Of a stretch of DNA of 51,883 bases, positions 9,924 through 20,168 are shown piece by piece. The translations under genes and the position numbers were made by a program. The notes under the pieces were generated by a model that saw only the letters and a list, made by a program, of their open reading frames with translations, did no database searches and was not told where the DNA came from. The stretch is from a virus (taxonomy: Duplodnaviria; Caudoviricetes), in IMG/VR virus record IMGVR_UViG_3300030380_000566, positions 1 to 51,883 of that record; one strand, 5' to 3'. Positions within the stretch are counted from its first letter, which is position 1, and each line of letters begins with the position of its first letter.

Positions 9924-12295
9924 TGGATGAAGAAAGCTTATTAGATAGAATACAAAAAAAAGTTATGGGTTCTCCTGATAAGAGTAATGTAACCACTTTT
10001 GACCCAGATGAAGAGTTTAAAGAATTTACACCTAAAGAAGAAAAAGCTGATAGTTATTTAGAATTATTAAATAATAAATTTAGTGGTGCTGCAGATTTTA
10101 TAAGTAAAGTCCCAGGACTTATAAAGCAACTACCACCAGCAATACGCAGAGCAACACTAGGCTTAGAAGTAGGTGAAGATGGAGTAGAAAGACCAAAGCA
10201 ATTAGAATATGACTTCCCAGAAATTAGTGATGCGGAAGATCTAAGTTTTCTTGAAAGTTTAAATACAACTAATCAAAAAGCATTATTAACTTCAGACACT
10301 AATGAGAAAATAGACATATTAAATAAAGGCTATGCTGATGATGAAAGATTCGGTAGCGAAGGTAAAAGAACAGTCCAAGTAGATAAATTTGGTAATCCTA
10401 TAATTGTGTGGAAAGGTAAGCCTTATTATTTAAATAAACCAGGATTTTCAGAAGTTGACTTTGATAGCTTACTTGCACAAACAATTTATTTTCTACCTGC
10501 TGTAGCTCAAAGAGATAAAAAATTAATGAATAGAATATTAACCACAGGTGCTAAAACTGGAGGATTAGAATTAGGCAGACAACTTCTTACTAAAAAAGAT
10601 GGAATAGACAAAGGTGAATTAGCTACTACTGTTGGTGTTGGTGCTGCGACTGAAGCTTTGCCTTTTGGTAGGTTTACTAAATTTATTGCAGATAGAGTTA
10701 GAAAAAATGCAGAACAAATAGCAAAACTACCTGTTTATAGTGCTATACCAGCAGAAAAGCAACTTACTTCAGCTATACAAGGTCAACTAGTTGCACCTAA
10801 AGATACTACAACCATGGTTGATAAATTAAAAGTTTTAAATAAAACTAAAGGACAACGCACAGGTAAAGACAAAGATTTATTAATGGAAGATTTAATGCGT
10901 AACACTGAATTGTATGGTGTTAGGTCTCAAGAGTTATTAAAAGACTTTGACGCAGAACAACTACAAATTATAACTGATAATATAGATATATTGTTAAATA
11001 ATATAGGTGCTGGTAAAGTTAAAGTTGGAGAAGGTAGTGCTGTAGATATCGGAGAACTTATAACTAAAGAGATACAAGACACTGCTTCACAATTAAAAAA
11101 TTTAGGTAAAGAAGCATACAATGAAGCTAGTAAAATGGCACCTACGTTTTTATCTGGTCCTGGAGTTTTAGGTCTTGCGCAAAGTTTAAAACAAAATGCT
11201 ACTAATTTTATGCAAGGTGGTCGGCAAGTTAAAATAGATGCCAGCAGACTTGAAAGAATGCCTATAGTTCAAAACAACATTAAATACTTAAATAGAATTA
11301 TAAAAATATACAGCAACCCTAAAGCTAAATCAGTTAATTTTAATGCTATAGAAGATTTTAGAATTAGATTAAACTCTGATATAAAAGGAGCAACTCCAGG
11401 ATCCCCAGAACAATTAGTTTTACAGCAAATGAAAAGAGGTCTGGACGATTACATGAATGAAGCTGTTGAAAATGGATTATTATTTGGTGATGATGAAGCT
11501 GTAAATTTAATTAAAAATGCTCGTAAATCTTACAAGGCTTATAAAGATTTTCAAATTGGTGCTGGTTCAGCAAAGAATCAAATGCCTAAAATTATTGATG
11601 GTAACAAGTCAGCTTTGGAAGTTACAAATATAATATTTGGTGGTGCTAATAAATTAAATGATAAAGGTTTAGGTATAGACATTATAAAAAGAATAATAAA
11701 AGCTGAAGGGCAAAATGGTCCAACTTCAGAGTTGCTTAAAAATGCTATACTGTTAAGAACTTTCTCAGACCCTAAAGGTGGTATAACTAGAGCAAAAATA
11801 GTAGGTAATTTTAAAGATAATTTTATTAAGAATAAAGAAATTACAAAGTTATTATTTACAGGAAAAGAAATACAAGGTTTAGATTTATTTGTTAAAGATG
11901 TAGCTAAAACTTTACCAGTTGAACAAAAGTTAAACCCTCCAGGATCTGGTTACACTGCTGTAAATGCTGCTCTGCAAAGAGGAATTATAAAACCTATATT
12001 AACTAAATTACCTATAATAAGGAATGTAACTGAAACTGTAGGTGAAGTTGCAGAAGGTTTAAGAGGTGGTGGTGCAGCTCAAGGAGTGATTGCCCAACCA
12101 GGAGATGATTTAAAAAACTTTTTAAATTTAATGTTTTCACCTATACGAGCACTACCTACAGCAGCAACCCCAGAAGGCACTATGGAAAGAGACATGGAAC
12201 AAAAACCTGATGAAACAAGTCAATCTTCTAGCTTAAATAAAATAATGAGTAACCTAAAGCCTGACACTATGCAAAAGCTTCAATCGTTTATTTGA
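9923..12295 (+). CDS. Large DNA ejection / internal virion protein 3
   Basis: 790 aa, helical. DKFGN....GKPYYLNKPGFS and NPPGSG motifs; last gene of the late operon. Confidence 0.6.
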   Translation: MDEESLLDRIQKKVMGSPDKSNVTTFDPDEEFKEFTPKEEKADSYLELLNNKFSGAADFISKVPGLIKQLPPAIRRATLGLEVGEDGVERPKQLEYDFPEISDAEDLSFLESLNTTNQKALLTSDTNEKIDILNKGYADDERFGSEGKRTVQVDKFGNPIIVWKGKPYYLNKPGFSEVDFDSLLAQTIYFLPAVAQRDKKLMNRILTTGAKTGGLELGRQLLTKKDGIDKGELATTVGVGAATEALPFGRFTKFIADRVRKNAEQIAKLPVYSAIPAEKQLTSAIQGQLVAPKDTTTMVDKLKVLNKTKGQRTGKDKDLLMEDLMRNTELYGVRSQELLKDFDAEQLQIITDNIDILLNNIGAGKVKVGEGSAVDIGELITKEIQDTASQLKNLGKEAYNEASKMAPTFLSGPGVLGLAQSLKQNATNFMQGGRQVKIDASRLERMPIVQNNIKYLNRIIKIYSNPKAKSVNFNAIEDFRIRLNSDIKGATPGSPEQLVLQQMKRGLDDYMNEAVENGLLFGDDEAVNLIKNARKSYKAYKDFQIGAGSAKNQMPKIIDGNKSALEVTNIIFGGANKLNDKGLGIDIIKRIIKAEGQNGPTSELLKNAILLRTFSDPKGGITRAKIVGNFKDNFIKNKEITKLLFTGKEIQGLDLFVKDVAKTLPVEQKLNPPGSGYTAVNAALQRGIIKPILTKLPIIRNVTETVGEVAEGLRGGGAAQGVIAQPGDDLKNFLNLMFSPIRALPTAATPEGTMERDMEQKPDETSQSSSLNKIMSNLKPDTMQKLQSFI

Positions 12296-12696
12296 AGTAC
12301 ATAAAACTCTTCTGGTTCATTATATAACCATTCAGCTTTATAAATAGTAGTCTTACCTTTTTTAGATATTAGTTCTGTGGCTATGTAATCTTGGTGTTGT
12401 GGTTTGTAAAAACATTTATTTTCAGCTACTAACTGTAAGGCTAATAATTTAATGTCCCATTCTATAAATCGTACTATCATGTGCCAGTGTTCTGGTTTAG
12501 AGCAATAGTATCTTGTTGAGTCTTTAAATAAACCTTTTAGCACTCTTCTTGGTTCTTGGTCTGTCCAAGTTAATTCTGTGTAATCGCAATCTTTACTACA
12601 ACGCATAATTTTTTTAGACTTTATATTCTCTGCTAAACTATAAGTTGTAAAAGTCAGTGCAAATATGAATAGCCAAATTATTCCACTTTTCTTCAT
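12280..12696 (-). CDS. Hypothetical exported protein
   Basis: MKKSGIIWLFIFALTFTTYSLA reads as a signal peptide. Start could be 12711 or 12696. Confidence 0.5.
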   Translation of the reverse strand: MKKSGIIWLFIFALTFTTYSLAENIKSKKIMRCSKDCDYTELTWTDQEPRRVLKGLFKDSTRYYCSKPEHWHMIVRFIEWDIKLLALQLVAENKCFYKPQHQDYIATELISKKGKTTIYKAEWLYNEPEEFYVLQIND

Positions 12697-13054
12697 CCAT
12701 GCTCCCTTCATTAACCCAAACAGCTTTCATTAGAAGATATTCTCTTTTATAGCTTTTTGTTAAATCTTCTGCCCCATCAAATAATAATATTGTAGTATCA
12801 GCTTTTAATAATATCCAACATTTTCCTCTTTGAGATTTATAATCTTTTAACCAAATGTGTTGTTCTTGTTTTAAGCCTATATTTATTTTTTTATCAGGCT
12901 CAAAGCTTTTAACAAACTTTAATTCTATCCAACCAGAGTTGCCACTCTTTACAAAATGTATATCAGGCATACCCTTAGAAACTTTATTCTCTACCCTATA
13001 CATTTTTATAGGTAGAATTCCTCTCATATAAGACCAAAAGTTTTTCTCACTCAT
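12638..13054 (-). CDS. PD-(D/E)XK nuclease (VRR-NUC / Holliday junction resolvase-like)
   Basis: RVEN...GMPD...WIELK...QHIW motif set; SD AGGAGG before ATG 13054; follows the SNF2 helicase. Confidence 0.75.
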   Translation of the reverse strand: MSEKNFWSYMRGILPIKMYRVENKVSKGMPDIHFVKSGNSGWIELKFVKSFEPDKKINIGLKQEQHIWLKDYKSQRGKCWILLKADTTILLFDGAEDLTKSYKREYLLMKAVWVNEGSMDEEKWNNLAIHICTDFYNL

Positions 13055-14732
13055 TATCACCTCCTAGGAAAGAGCATTTAGGATCTTCATTAACCATATC
13101 AGCTAAAGACTTCTTTTTGCGTAAAGCTTTTATTATATAAGTATCTAATGTGTTATTAGCTTCAATGTCTATATAAGTAACATTGCTGGTTGTACCTATT
13201 CTATGACATCTATCTTCAGACTGTAAACGCATCTCTAAATCAAAACTATTAGAGTAATACACAGCATATTGTGCAGCAGTAAGGTTTAAACCTAATCCAC
13301 CAGCTTGAGCATGTCCTATAAAGTATTTTATCTGTGGATTTTCTTGAAATAGCTTTATATTGGTCGCTCGTTGGTCATTAGGTATATCTCCATAGTATAA
13401 CACACAAGAACCCTTTAACATGTTGTGTATGGCCATTATATCAGCTCGAAATCGACACCAGATGATTGTTTTTTGGTCAATTACACTTAAAACGTCTGAT
13501 AATGCTTTTAGGCGAGGATTATTTTCTTCTATGGGTTTTAAGTCTTTATCATAAGGAAACCAATTACAAACTACTTGTTGTAATCGTAACATTCTAGTTA
13601 TAGTTTCAGGTACAGAAACTTCTTCTCCATTAAGTTCGGCTACAAATTGCTCTTTTAGTGAAGTGTATAATCTTTTTTGTTCTTTTGATAATTCATATTT
13701 ATGTCTTTGATATATTTTAGGTGGTAGGTCTAGGCATTCTGATTTTAATACTCTGAATGAATGACCTTTAATGCTATGTATTAATTCATCAGTGTTTCTG
13801 TAACCTACTATCCATCTACGACCTTCATGCTCCCTAGTTATACAGTAGTTAGCTTTAAAGGTATAAAAGCTATCGTATCCTAATATGTAAGGATCTAAAA
13901 AAGTAAATTGTGCGTATAGATCTTCTACACCTTTTGTTACTGGTGTGCCTGTTAGTATTCTTTTATATTTAGCTAGTTTACCTAGCTTAGTTACAACTTT
14001 AGTTCTGTTGGCTCCAGGAGTTTTAATCCTAGAACTTTCATCAACCACTAATAATGTCTCATGTGAGAGTAATATTTTTTCTAAATAATCCTTAGACTTT
14101 TTAGATACAAAAGATTCAATATTAAAAGCAAAAACTTTTAAGATCTCTTTTTTAGCTATTAGTGCATTGAACTTTGTTTCATGGTTCTTATTCATACCAG
14201 AGTAATAATGTATACTCTCATGTATGCACCAATCAGGCATATGGTCTGGTAATTGTTTATCTAACCATTGGTTATGTACACCATTAGGTGCTATAATGAC
14301 TAGGCAGTTAATTCTACTTTTACTGTATAAGTATGCAGCAGTGTCTATGGCAACTTTTGTTTTACCTGTACCTTGTTCCATGAACAAGCCGAAGTTGTCT
14401 TTATCTCTACTTAGGTAAAATGCTTTCCTTTGATGTTCGTAAGGTTTAGTCTTGAACATAAAGTCATCCGTATCAGGAGTAGTAAAGTTACGAGTATCAG
14501 TAGCACTTTTAACTACATCACTATATTGTTCTAAAAATACTAAAGCATCATTATCCCAATCAGCTGATGGCCAATGCTTTTTAACATACTCAATATTAGC
14601 ACCTGTTGGGCTAAATGCTACATGCCTACCAACCCACTTTCTAAATCCTGGTAGGTTGGTAAACAATTGCATATTCTCTGAAGTTAAAGGAAACTTAGCT
14701 AATAAAAATTTACCTTGAACATTTATTTGCAA
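13047..14732 (-). CDS. SNF2-family (SF2) helicase
   Basis: MEQGTGKT, DESS, LTGTP, GLNLT and QSEDRCHRIG motifs; TTG start with SD AGGGAG. Confidence 0.9.
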   Translation of the reverse strand: MQINVQGKFLLAKFPLTSENMQLFTNLPGFRKWVGRHVAFSPTGANIEYVKKHWPSADWDNDALVFLEQYSDVVKSATDTRNFTTPDTDDFMFKTKPYEHQRKAFYLSRDKDNFGLFMEQGTGKTKVAIDTAAYLYSKSRINCLVIIAPNGVHNQWLDKQLPDHMPDWCIHESIHYYSGMNKNHETKFNALIAKKEILKVFAFNIESFVSKKSKDYLEKILLSHETLLVVDESSRIKTPGANRTKVVTKLGKLAKYKRILTGTPVTKGVEDLYAQFTFLDPYILGYDSFYTFKANYCITREHEGRRWIVGYRNTDELIHSIKGHSFRVLKSECLDLPPKIYQRHKYELSKEQKRLYTSLKEQFVAELNGEEVSVPETITRMLRLQQVVCNWFPYDKDLKPIEENNPRLKALSDVLSVIDQKTIIWCRFRADIMAIHNMLKGSCVLYYGDIPNDQRATNIKLFQENPQIKYFIGHAQAGGLGLNLTAAQYAVYYSNSFDLEMRLQSEDRCHRIGTTSNVTYIDIEANNTLDTYIIKALRKKKSLADMVNEDPKCSFLGGDNE

Positions 14733-14850
14733 ATTTAATCTCCCTTAGTTTATCTAATACTTTTGACCAATAGTTGTAAGCCCAAGTATCTCTTTTTAGA
14801 TAGGTGAGGTGTTTCCTCACCCTTTCTATTAGTTTATCTATTTGTCCCAT
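14710..14850 (-). CDS. Small hypothetical protein (46 aa)
   Basis: Not in the ORF track. MGQIDKLIERVRKHLTYLKRDTWAYNYWSKVLDKLREIKFANKCSR* fills the gap and overlaps both neighbours. Confidence 0.45.
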   Translation of the reverse strand: MGQIDKLIERVRKHLTYLKRDTWAYNYWSKVLDKLREIKFANKCSR

Positions 14851-15539
14851 TCTACATGCCCTTTCTTTACATCCCAAGTTAAGTCTTTAGCCCTACCACC
14901 TTTTTTAATAAAGGCTTCATATTGAATACCATCAGGATTATCTAAAATTATTTGCATAGAGTGCCAACCGAATGTATTAACTTTTCTAGGATTATCTTTT
15001 ACTTTAGGATATATCATAGTAAAGCTTTTTTCTAGAACTCTTTTAAATTGTCTTTTAGGTAGTATCTCAATAACTGATACTACTTTTTTATTCTTACCCC
15101 AGAACTCGTGAATAGGTTGACTACCACCTTGGTCTATGACCCAGCCACCCTTTACAACTTGTACATGACGAGTGGTAGTGATGATATAGGTTGAAGTAAA
15201 GTTACAACTCCACTTTACATACTTTTGTAAACTTACAGGATAATATTCAAAATTTAATTTGCTACGTTTTGTAAGTCTACCATTTATAGTTATATTTTCC
15301 CATGTTTTATGCTCTCTAAACTTAGCATTTAATTTATGTAACACTAACATTCTTTCACCATCATAAGTGCTACCCTTCCACTTATTAGATTTTTTACCAA
15401 CTCTTTTATGTAACTCCCATGACTGTTTAAAAGTTATTCCCATGGCTATAGCTATAGCAGTCACACCACAATTAGGACCACCACGCTGGTCATCAGGATT
15501 TACAAAGCCTTCAGGTTTTTCATTAATAATTTTTTTCAT
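14838..15539 (-). CDS. Two-domain early protein (possible Cys-His peptidase-like N-domain plus NPR...DLxWD C-domain)
   Basis: NCGVTAIAIAMG...TRHVQVV...VID; C-terminus NPRKVNTFG...FIKKGGRAKDLTWD. Has its own promoter and SD. Confidence 0.55.
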   Translation of the reverse strand: MKKIINEKPEGFVNPDDQRGGPNCGVTAIAIAMGITFKQSWELHKRVGKKSNKWKGSTYDGERMLVLHKLNAKFREHKTWENITINGRLTKRSKLNFEYYPVSLQKYVKWSCNFTSTYIITTTRHVQVVKGGWVIDQGGSQPIHEFWGKNKKVVSVIEILPKRQFKRVLEKSFTMIYPKVKDNPRKVNTFGWHSMQIILDNPDGIQYEAFIKKGGRAKDLTWDVKKGHVEWDK

Positions 15540-15610
15540 TTTATTCCTTTCTCAATTTATATATTTATTATCTCTTATTTGAGCAGATAAGTAAACAATA
15601 ATCGTCCCCC
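15540..15610 (-). promoter_or_regulatory. Sigma70-type promoter, palindromic operator and strong SD
   Basis: Minus strand TTTACT-17bp-GATAAT. The spacer holds TATCTGCTCAAATA (15576-15589). Leader TTGAGAAAGGAATAAAATG. Confidence 0.7.
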
Positions 15611-15621
15611 ATGGAGACTAA

Positions 15622-16269
15622 TTAAAGTCCCCAATTATCACGACATATTGGACCCATGCCCAAATCAATACTAACTTTATTAGTTAGAGTTCTGCTACAC
15701 ATACAACATCTGCCTAATCTCTGACCATATTCTTTAGCCATTTTAAATGGATCTTTAGCTATATCATATAATCTGTTAACAGTATTTTCATCAGCTGTTG
15801 ATGAATGGTAAAAAATATTCTCAACAATTTTACCTTGATAATAATTGTAGCCACCTTTTTTAATAGCCACATACACAGCACCAGCATTAGCACTCTCTGG
15901 TTTAGCTAATGATAAAATAAGGTCATCAAATTTAACAATAGGTCTTTTTAAATTATTACCCACAGCATCATCAAACATTTTATGTATTCTTGATAAAGGA
16001 GCAGTATCACCAAATTTATCAGCAAGGTGCTCAGACTTACACTTTTGCTCTTGCTTATGTTTTTTATTTTGCTCCATTTTAATAAACATTGTATTAGCAG
16101 CAAACTTTTGCTTATCAGATAAAAAGCCTTTGGTGTTGATTTGCTCTACTAAACTTTTAGCAAAATCATTCCATGAAGTCATACTTAATAACTTTTCAAA
16201 AAGTTTTACATTTTCTTGGTTGTTATTGTTATCAGTAAATTGGTCTTTATAAAATTTATATTGTGTCAT
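15622..16269 (-). CDS. DUF6011-like zinc-finger protein
   Basis: C-terminal RCCMCSRTLTNKVSIDLGMGPIC; N-terminal FAKSL...LSDKQ motif. Confidence 0.65.
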   Translation of the reverse strand: MTQYKFYKDQFTDNNNNQENVKLFEKLLSMTSWNDFAKSLVEQINTKGFLSDKQKFAANTMFIKMEQNKKHKQEQKCKSEHLADKFGDTAPLSRIHKMFDDAVGNNLKRPIVKFDDLILSLAKPESANAGAVYVAIKKGGYNYYQGKIVENIFYHSSTADENTVNRLYDIAKDPFKMAKEYGQRLGRCCMCSRTLTNKVSIDLGMGPICRDNWGL

Positions 16270-16342
16270 TTTTTATTCCTTTCTCAGTATATACCTATAG
16301 TATCGTTTATTTGAGCAGAAAAGTAAACAAAAATCGTCTCCC
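16270..16342 (-). promoter_or_regulatory. Second copy of the promoter/operator/SD cassette
   Basis: TTTACT-17bp-GATACT. 16307-16342 matches 15575-15610 at 33 of 36 positions. Leader CTGAGAAAGGAATAAAAAATG. Confidence 0.7.
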
Positions 16343-16379
16343 GCAAATGCCTATAAAACCAACCTTTTTAAAAAAAGTT

Positions 16380-19166
16380 TTAAGTTAATTTTCTCCACTT
16401 GTCTACATACACTTTTCTAAAGCCTTTTTTAACAAGACCTTTTACTAAATACCAATCACCTATTTTACCCTCTTCAACTATCTGTTTACCTATGCGAGTA
16501 TATTTAAATCTATCAATGGTACTTATAATTGGACCAGTGTCATCTTCAAAAGTTAAGTTTAACCATAAATGATTTCTATCAACTCTACGTCCACCTCTTT
16601 TAGCTAAGTTGACTGTCTCGTTCATATCTCGTAAGTTTTTCTCTGTTAACTTGCCGAAGAATACAAATCTTCCTGGTCGGTCTGCATCTAGTTCAGATAT
16701 GTCAGTAATGTCTGAAACTATGCCATGCTTCTCTGGTTCTTTTTTAATATGGCCAAACCTTCTCTCACATTCAAATATATCATCATATGGAGTAGTGCCT
16801 TCATTTAAAAGTTTTTCTTGTCTTGGGGTAAGGTTTATTTTTTCAATGCGTCTATTAATAATATCTTCAGCAACTTTTAATCCTACACCTTTTATATTTG
16901 TTAGCCCACCTATTAGTTTACCTTCTTGTACAGACCAATTTAGTTGAGATAAAAATTTATCAAAAGGTCTATACTCAAAACCTTCCTTAACTAATTCTCT
17001 TAATAATTTTATCCCTTGAGTTTCATCCCTAACATTTCGCAAACATGCAGCAGCAAACTCAAGAGGAAACTTAGACTTAAGAACACAACACCAATAAGAA
17101 AGTAAACCATAACTAATAGCATGAGACCTATTAAAAGCCCAAGACCCCATAGTGTTGATATTATCCCATATCCTTTTTGCATCAGCTTCTTCAAGACCAT
17201 TTTCCTTTGCTCCTATTTTAAACCTTTCCCAATATTGGTCAAAGAACTCTTGACCTAATGATTTGCTCATGGCTTTACGCAGTTGTGATATATCTTCCCA
17301 AGATAGCTTACCTACATGACGACCTATTTCCATAACTTGTTCTTGGTATACAACTATGCCATAAGTTATTTCAGTTATATCTTTTACTATTGGGTGAAGA
17401 TACTCTACTGGTTTTGCTCCTGTGTGCCTACTTATATATTGAGTAGTTCCTCCAGAAACTAATGGACCAGGACGACCCAAAGCAGTCAGAGCAGCAATCT
17501 CTTCAAACTTATAAACTTTCATTTGTCTAGTTAAAGACTGTAGAGCATAACCCTCAAACTGAAATATACCAGAATACTTTTCATCATTTAAAACTTTAAA
17601 AGCTAGTTTATCATCTAATGGATAGTCTACTAATTTTTGTCGTTCCCATTTGACTTGGTCTAATACATCTTGAAGAACTGATAGAGTTCGTAAACCTAAA
17701 GCATCTATTTTAAGTAGGTTTAATTTTTCTGCATCATATTTATCAACTTGTAAGGCTTGGGTTTGTTCATTGAAAGAACAATATTTATTAACAGCATTTT
17801 CAGTAACAACTATACCAGCAGCATGTACCCCATTGTGCCTAGCATGAAACTCCATTTGTGAAGCTATGCGCATTTGAGGATACTTTTTTAATATTTCTCT
17901 ACCGATATCTAAATCATTAAATGTATCCATAATACAAAAAGCAGCACGAGCATCACCACCACTCCTTTCAATAATAGCACCTTTTAAATCATTAACTTCC
18001 CATTGTGGTATATTTAATTCTTTAGCTACTTCAGTGATAGTGCTTTTAGCTTTATATCTACTTATTGTACCTAGCTTAGCAACATTAGCATTACCATACT
18101 TTTCTCTCAGATAATCATATACCATATCTCTTCTATCATCTTGAAAATCTATATCAATATCTGGTAAGTCTGCTCTGTTAAGATCTATAAATCTTTCAAA
18201 TAATAAATTATGTACCAGTGGGTCAACATCAGTAATGCCTAACAAATAACAAACTAAAGACCCAGCACTACTACCTCTAGCTGGTCCAACTAGCATATGT
18301 TCCTTAGCATAGTTAACCATATCAGCTATAACAAAAAAGTAATCCTCATACTTTTTATTATCTATTAAACCTAATTCATAAACCAATCTATCATAGTATT
18401 TTTTGTCTTTTAGGTTGATGTTTAATTTAGTGGCACCTTCTTGGCAAAGTTGTAATAATGTCTTTTTACTGTTAAACTTAACCATATTGGCTTGTTTTAA
18501 TGTCGCTACGCACACTTTAGCTATTGAATAGGTATTATCTATTGCCTCTTTTGGAGCCCAATTTACACAATCTTTATATTCCCACTCGTTTAAAATATGC
18601 ATAGGTTTTGTTCTATCTGTTCTGTTTCTACCTACTAAAACCTGATAAACTTTTCTATCGGATATGGTTGGGTAGTAATTATCGCTGGTAGCTACTAATG
18701 GGAACTTTTTAGTTAAACAACTCTTATCACTTATAGGGCTACATTCAGCAAATATGTTTTCATTAGCTTTAGGTAACAATCCCCAATTAGGATTAGGACC
18801 ACTAAATATTATAACATTATCACTCACATCAAATAATTGTGTATAGTCTAATCTAGGCACATAGTAGAAATTTTCTTTCTTTAATGATTCAGAGTTTAAC
18901 CTATATATCTCTTCAAGACCTTTATTGTTCTTAGCTAAAAATGTCATATAATTGATAGGTTGTTTTGTACGTTCTTTACTATCTTCAACAAAACCTATCT
19001 CAACTCCGTAGATTGGTTTTTTGCAGATCTTCGAAAATGGCACATGTCCCCATGTACTGTTATCTGTTATAGCTACAGTATCATTATTACAAGTCTCTAT
19101 AACTTTATTAAGTGGACCATAAGCTTTACGGAAAGAATATTCTGTGCGTACTTTTAAATTAATCAT
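16380..19166 (-). CDS. dnaE: DNA polymerase III alpha subunit (family C)
   Basis: GPARGSSAGSLVCYLLGIT, LLFERF, PDIDIDF, HAAG, KIDALGL, YQEQVM and FNRSHA motifs; degenerate PHP domain; C-terminal OB fold (LTFEDDTG). Confidence 0.95.
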   Translation of the reverse strand: MINLKVRTEYSFRKAYGPLNKVIETCNNDTVAITDNSTWGHVPFSKICKKPIYGVEIGFVEDSKERTKQPINYMTFLAKNNKGLEEIYRLNSESLKKENFYYVPRLDYTQLFDVSDNVIIFSGPNPNWGLLPKANENIFAECSPISDKSCLTKKFPLVATSDNYYPTISDRKVYQVLVGRNRTDRTKPMHILNEWEYKDCVNWAPKEAIDNTYSIAKVCVATLKQANMVKFNSKKTLLQLCQEGATKLNINLKDKKYYDRLVYELGLIDNKKYEDYFFVIADMVNYAKEHMLVGPARGSSAGSLVCYLLGITDVDPLVHNLLFERFIDLNRADLPDIDIDFQDDRRDMVYDYLREKYGNANVAKLGTISRYKAKSTITEVAKELNIPQWEVNDLKGAIIERSGGDARAAFCIMDTFNDLDIGREILKKYPQMRIASQMEFHARHNGVHAAGIVVTENAVNKYCSFNEQTQALQVDKYDAEKLNLLKIDALGLRTLSVLQDVLDQVKWERQKLVDYPLDDKLAFKVLNDEKYSGIFQFEGYALQSLTRQMKVYKFEEIAALTALGRPGPLVSGGTTQYISRHTGAKPVEYLHPIVKDITEITYGIVVYQEQVMEIGRHVGKLSWEDISQLRKAMSKSLGQEFFDQYWERFKIGAKENGLEEADAKRIWDNINTMGSWAFNRSHAISYGLLSYWCCVLKSKFPLEFAAACLRNVRDETQGIKLLRELVKEGFEYRPFDKFLSQLNWSVQEGKLIGGLTNIKGVGLKVAEDIINRRIEKINLTPRQEKLLNEGTTPYDDIFECERRFGHIKKEPEKHGIVSDITDISELDADRPGRFVFFGKLTEKNLRDMNETVNLAKRGGRRVDRNHLWLNLTFEDDTGPIISTIDRFKYTRIGKQIVEEGKIGDWYLVKGLVKKGFRKVYVDKWRKLT

Positions 19167-19701
19167 TTAAGTGTCCTTCTTTTTTATACCATTTTAAAAC
19201 TTCAATAGTAGCCTTAACATCGTCTATGGCTCTGTGAGCACCTTTGTGTTCCTTACCTGTTACCTCTAAATAGATGTCTGTAAGCTTTCTTTTTATACCC
19301 CAAACTTTTTCTCCTACTTCTATTGTACATAAATGTTTAGGTGGCCATGGGAACTTTATCAACTTATCAATTCTAATTAAATTATACTTTAACACATTGG
19401 AATCAAAAGGTAAGTTGTGTGCAGCTAAAACTTTTTCTCCTATAAAAAATTCTACTAACTTATCATAGTAAGCTATGAAGGGTGGTTGGTCTTTTAGGTC
19501 TTCATTTTTAATACCTGTTATTTTAGTTATCTTGGGTGATAGTTCTTGGTTGGGATTAACTAAGAACCCCAACTCCTCTTTTACATTTAAATCTTTATCT
19601 AACTTAACAGCACCGAACTCTATTATATAAGGTTGCTGTTTTATATCTACTGCATCTGGCATAACTAAGCCAGTAGTTTCAAGATCCATTACTATCATCA
19701 A
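19159..19701 (-). CDS. DEDDh 3'-5' exonuclease (epsilon/DnaQ-like)
   Basis: DLETTG, AHNLPFD and HRAIDDV motifs; overlaps the dnaE start. Confidence 0.9.
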   Translation of the reverse strand: MMIVMDLETTGLVMPDAVDIKQQPYIIEFGAVKLDKDLNVKEELGFLVNPNQELSPKITKITGIKNEDLKDQPPFIAYYDKLVEFFIGEKVLAAHNLPFDSNVLKYNLIRIDKLIKFPWPPKHLCTIEVGEKVWGIKRKLTDIYLEVTGKEHKGAHRAIDDVKATIEVLKWYKKEGHLND

Positions 19702-19969
19702 TATCCTCCAAAATAAATGAATAAACTCCTAAGTCATGTATTGAGTCTTGGTGCTTGTCTGACCATTGATTACAGTACCTAATTAATTTAGTTACCATCA
19801 TGTTTACTGCACCTAGCCTATTCCAATCTTCTACTGAATTACATTTTAAACCATTAGGGAAAAGACTTTTCATAACCTCCCCATGTATCATGTAAGAGTG
19901 TCCATATCTTTTACCTTTATACTCTGCAGTCTTTAGAGCTGTTTTAATTTTATCAGCGAGCATCTTCAT
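19679..19969 (-). CDS. Small all-alpha protein, DUF1599 / nucleotide-modification-associated-domain-like
   Basis: K...YG.S, KLIR and DSIHDLGVYSFIL resemble the D..xDL..Y signature of DUF1599/MazG-like helical proteins. Confidence 0.5.
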   Translation of the reverse strand: MKMLADKIKTALKTAEYKGKRYGHSYMIHGEVMKSLFPNGLKCNSVEDWNRLGAVNMMVTKLIRYCNQWSDKHQDSIHDLGVYSFILEDIDDSNGS

Positions 19970-20168
19970 CTCCTTCTAATTTAAGTTGAGCAATCTCGTC
20001 TTGAAGTTCATGACAAGTATCCATGAGTTGTTCTATTTTAGCTTCATGGTCTTCATAATTATTTATTATATCTTCAAGCTTATCTCTCAAAGTAGGTCTC
20101 ACATCTAATATACGAGCAACAGGCTCTCTATCTAATTCAATATTATTATTTATTATTCTTAGTTCCAT
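19953..20168 (-). CDS. Hypothetical coiled-coil protein
   Basis: 71 aa, acidic heptad pattern, SD AAGGAG. Confidence 0.55.
   Translation of the reverse strand: MELRIINNNIELDREPVARILDVRPTLRDKLEDIINNYEDHEAKIEQLMDTCHELQDEIAQLKLEGDEDAR

Noticed and set aside
14803-14821. Hairpin GGTGAGG-TGTTT-CCTCACC as a terminator
   Set aside because: No U-tract on the transcribed minus strand, and it lies within a plausible small ORF.
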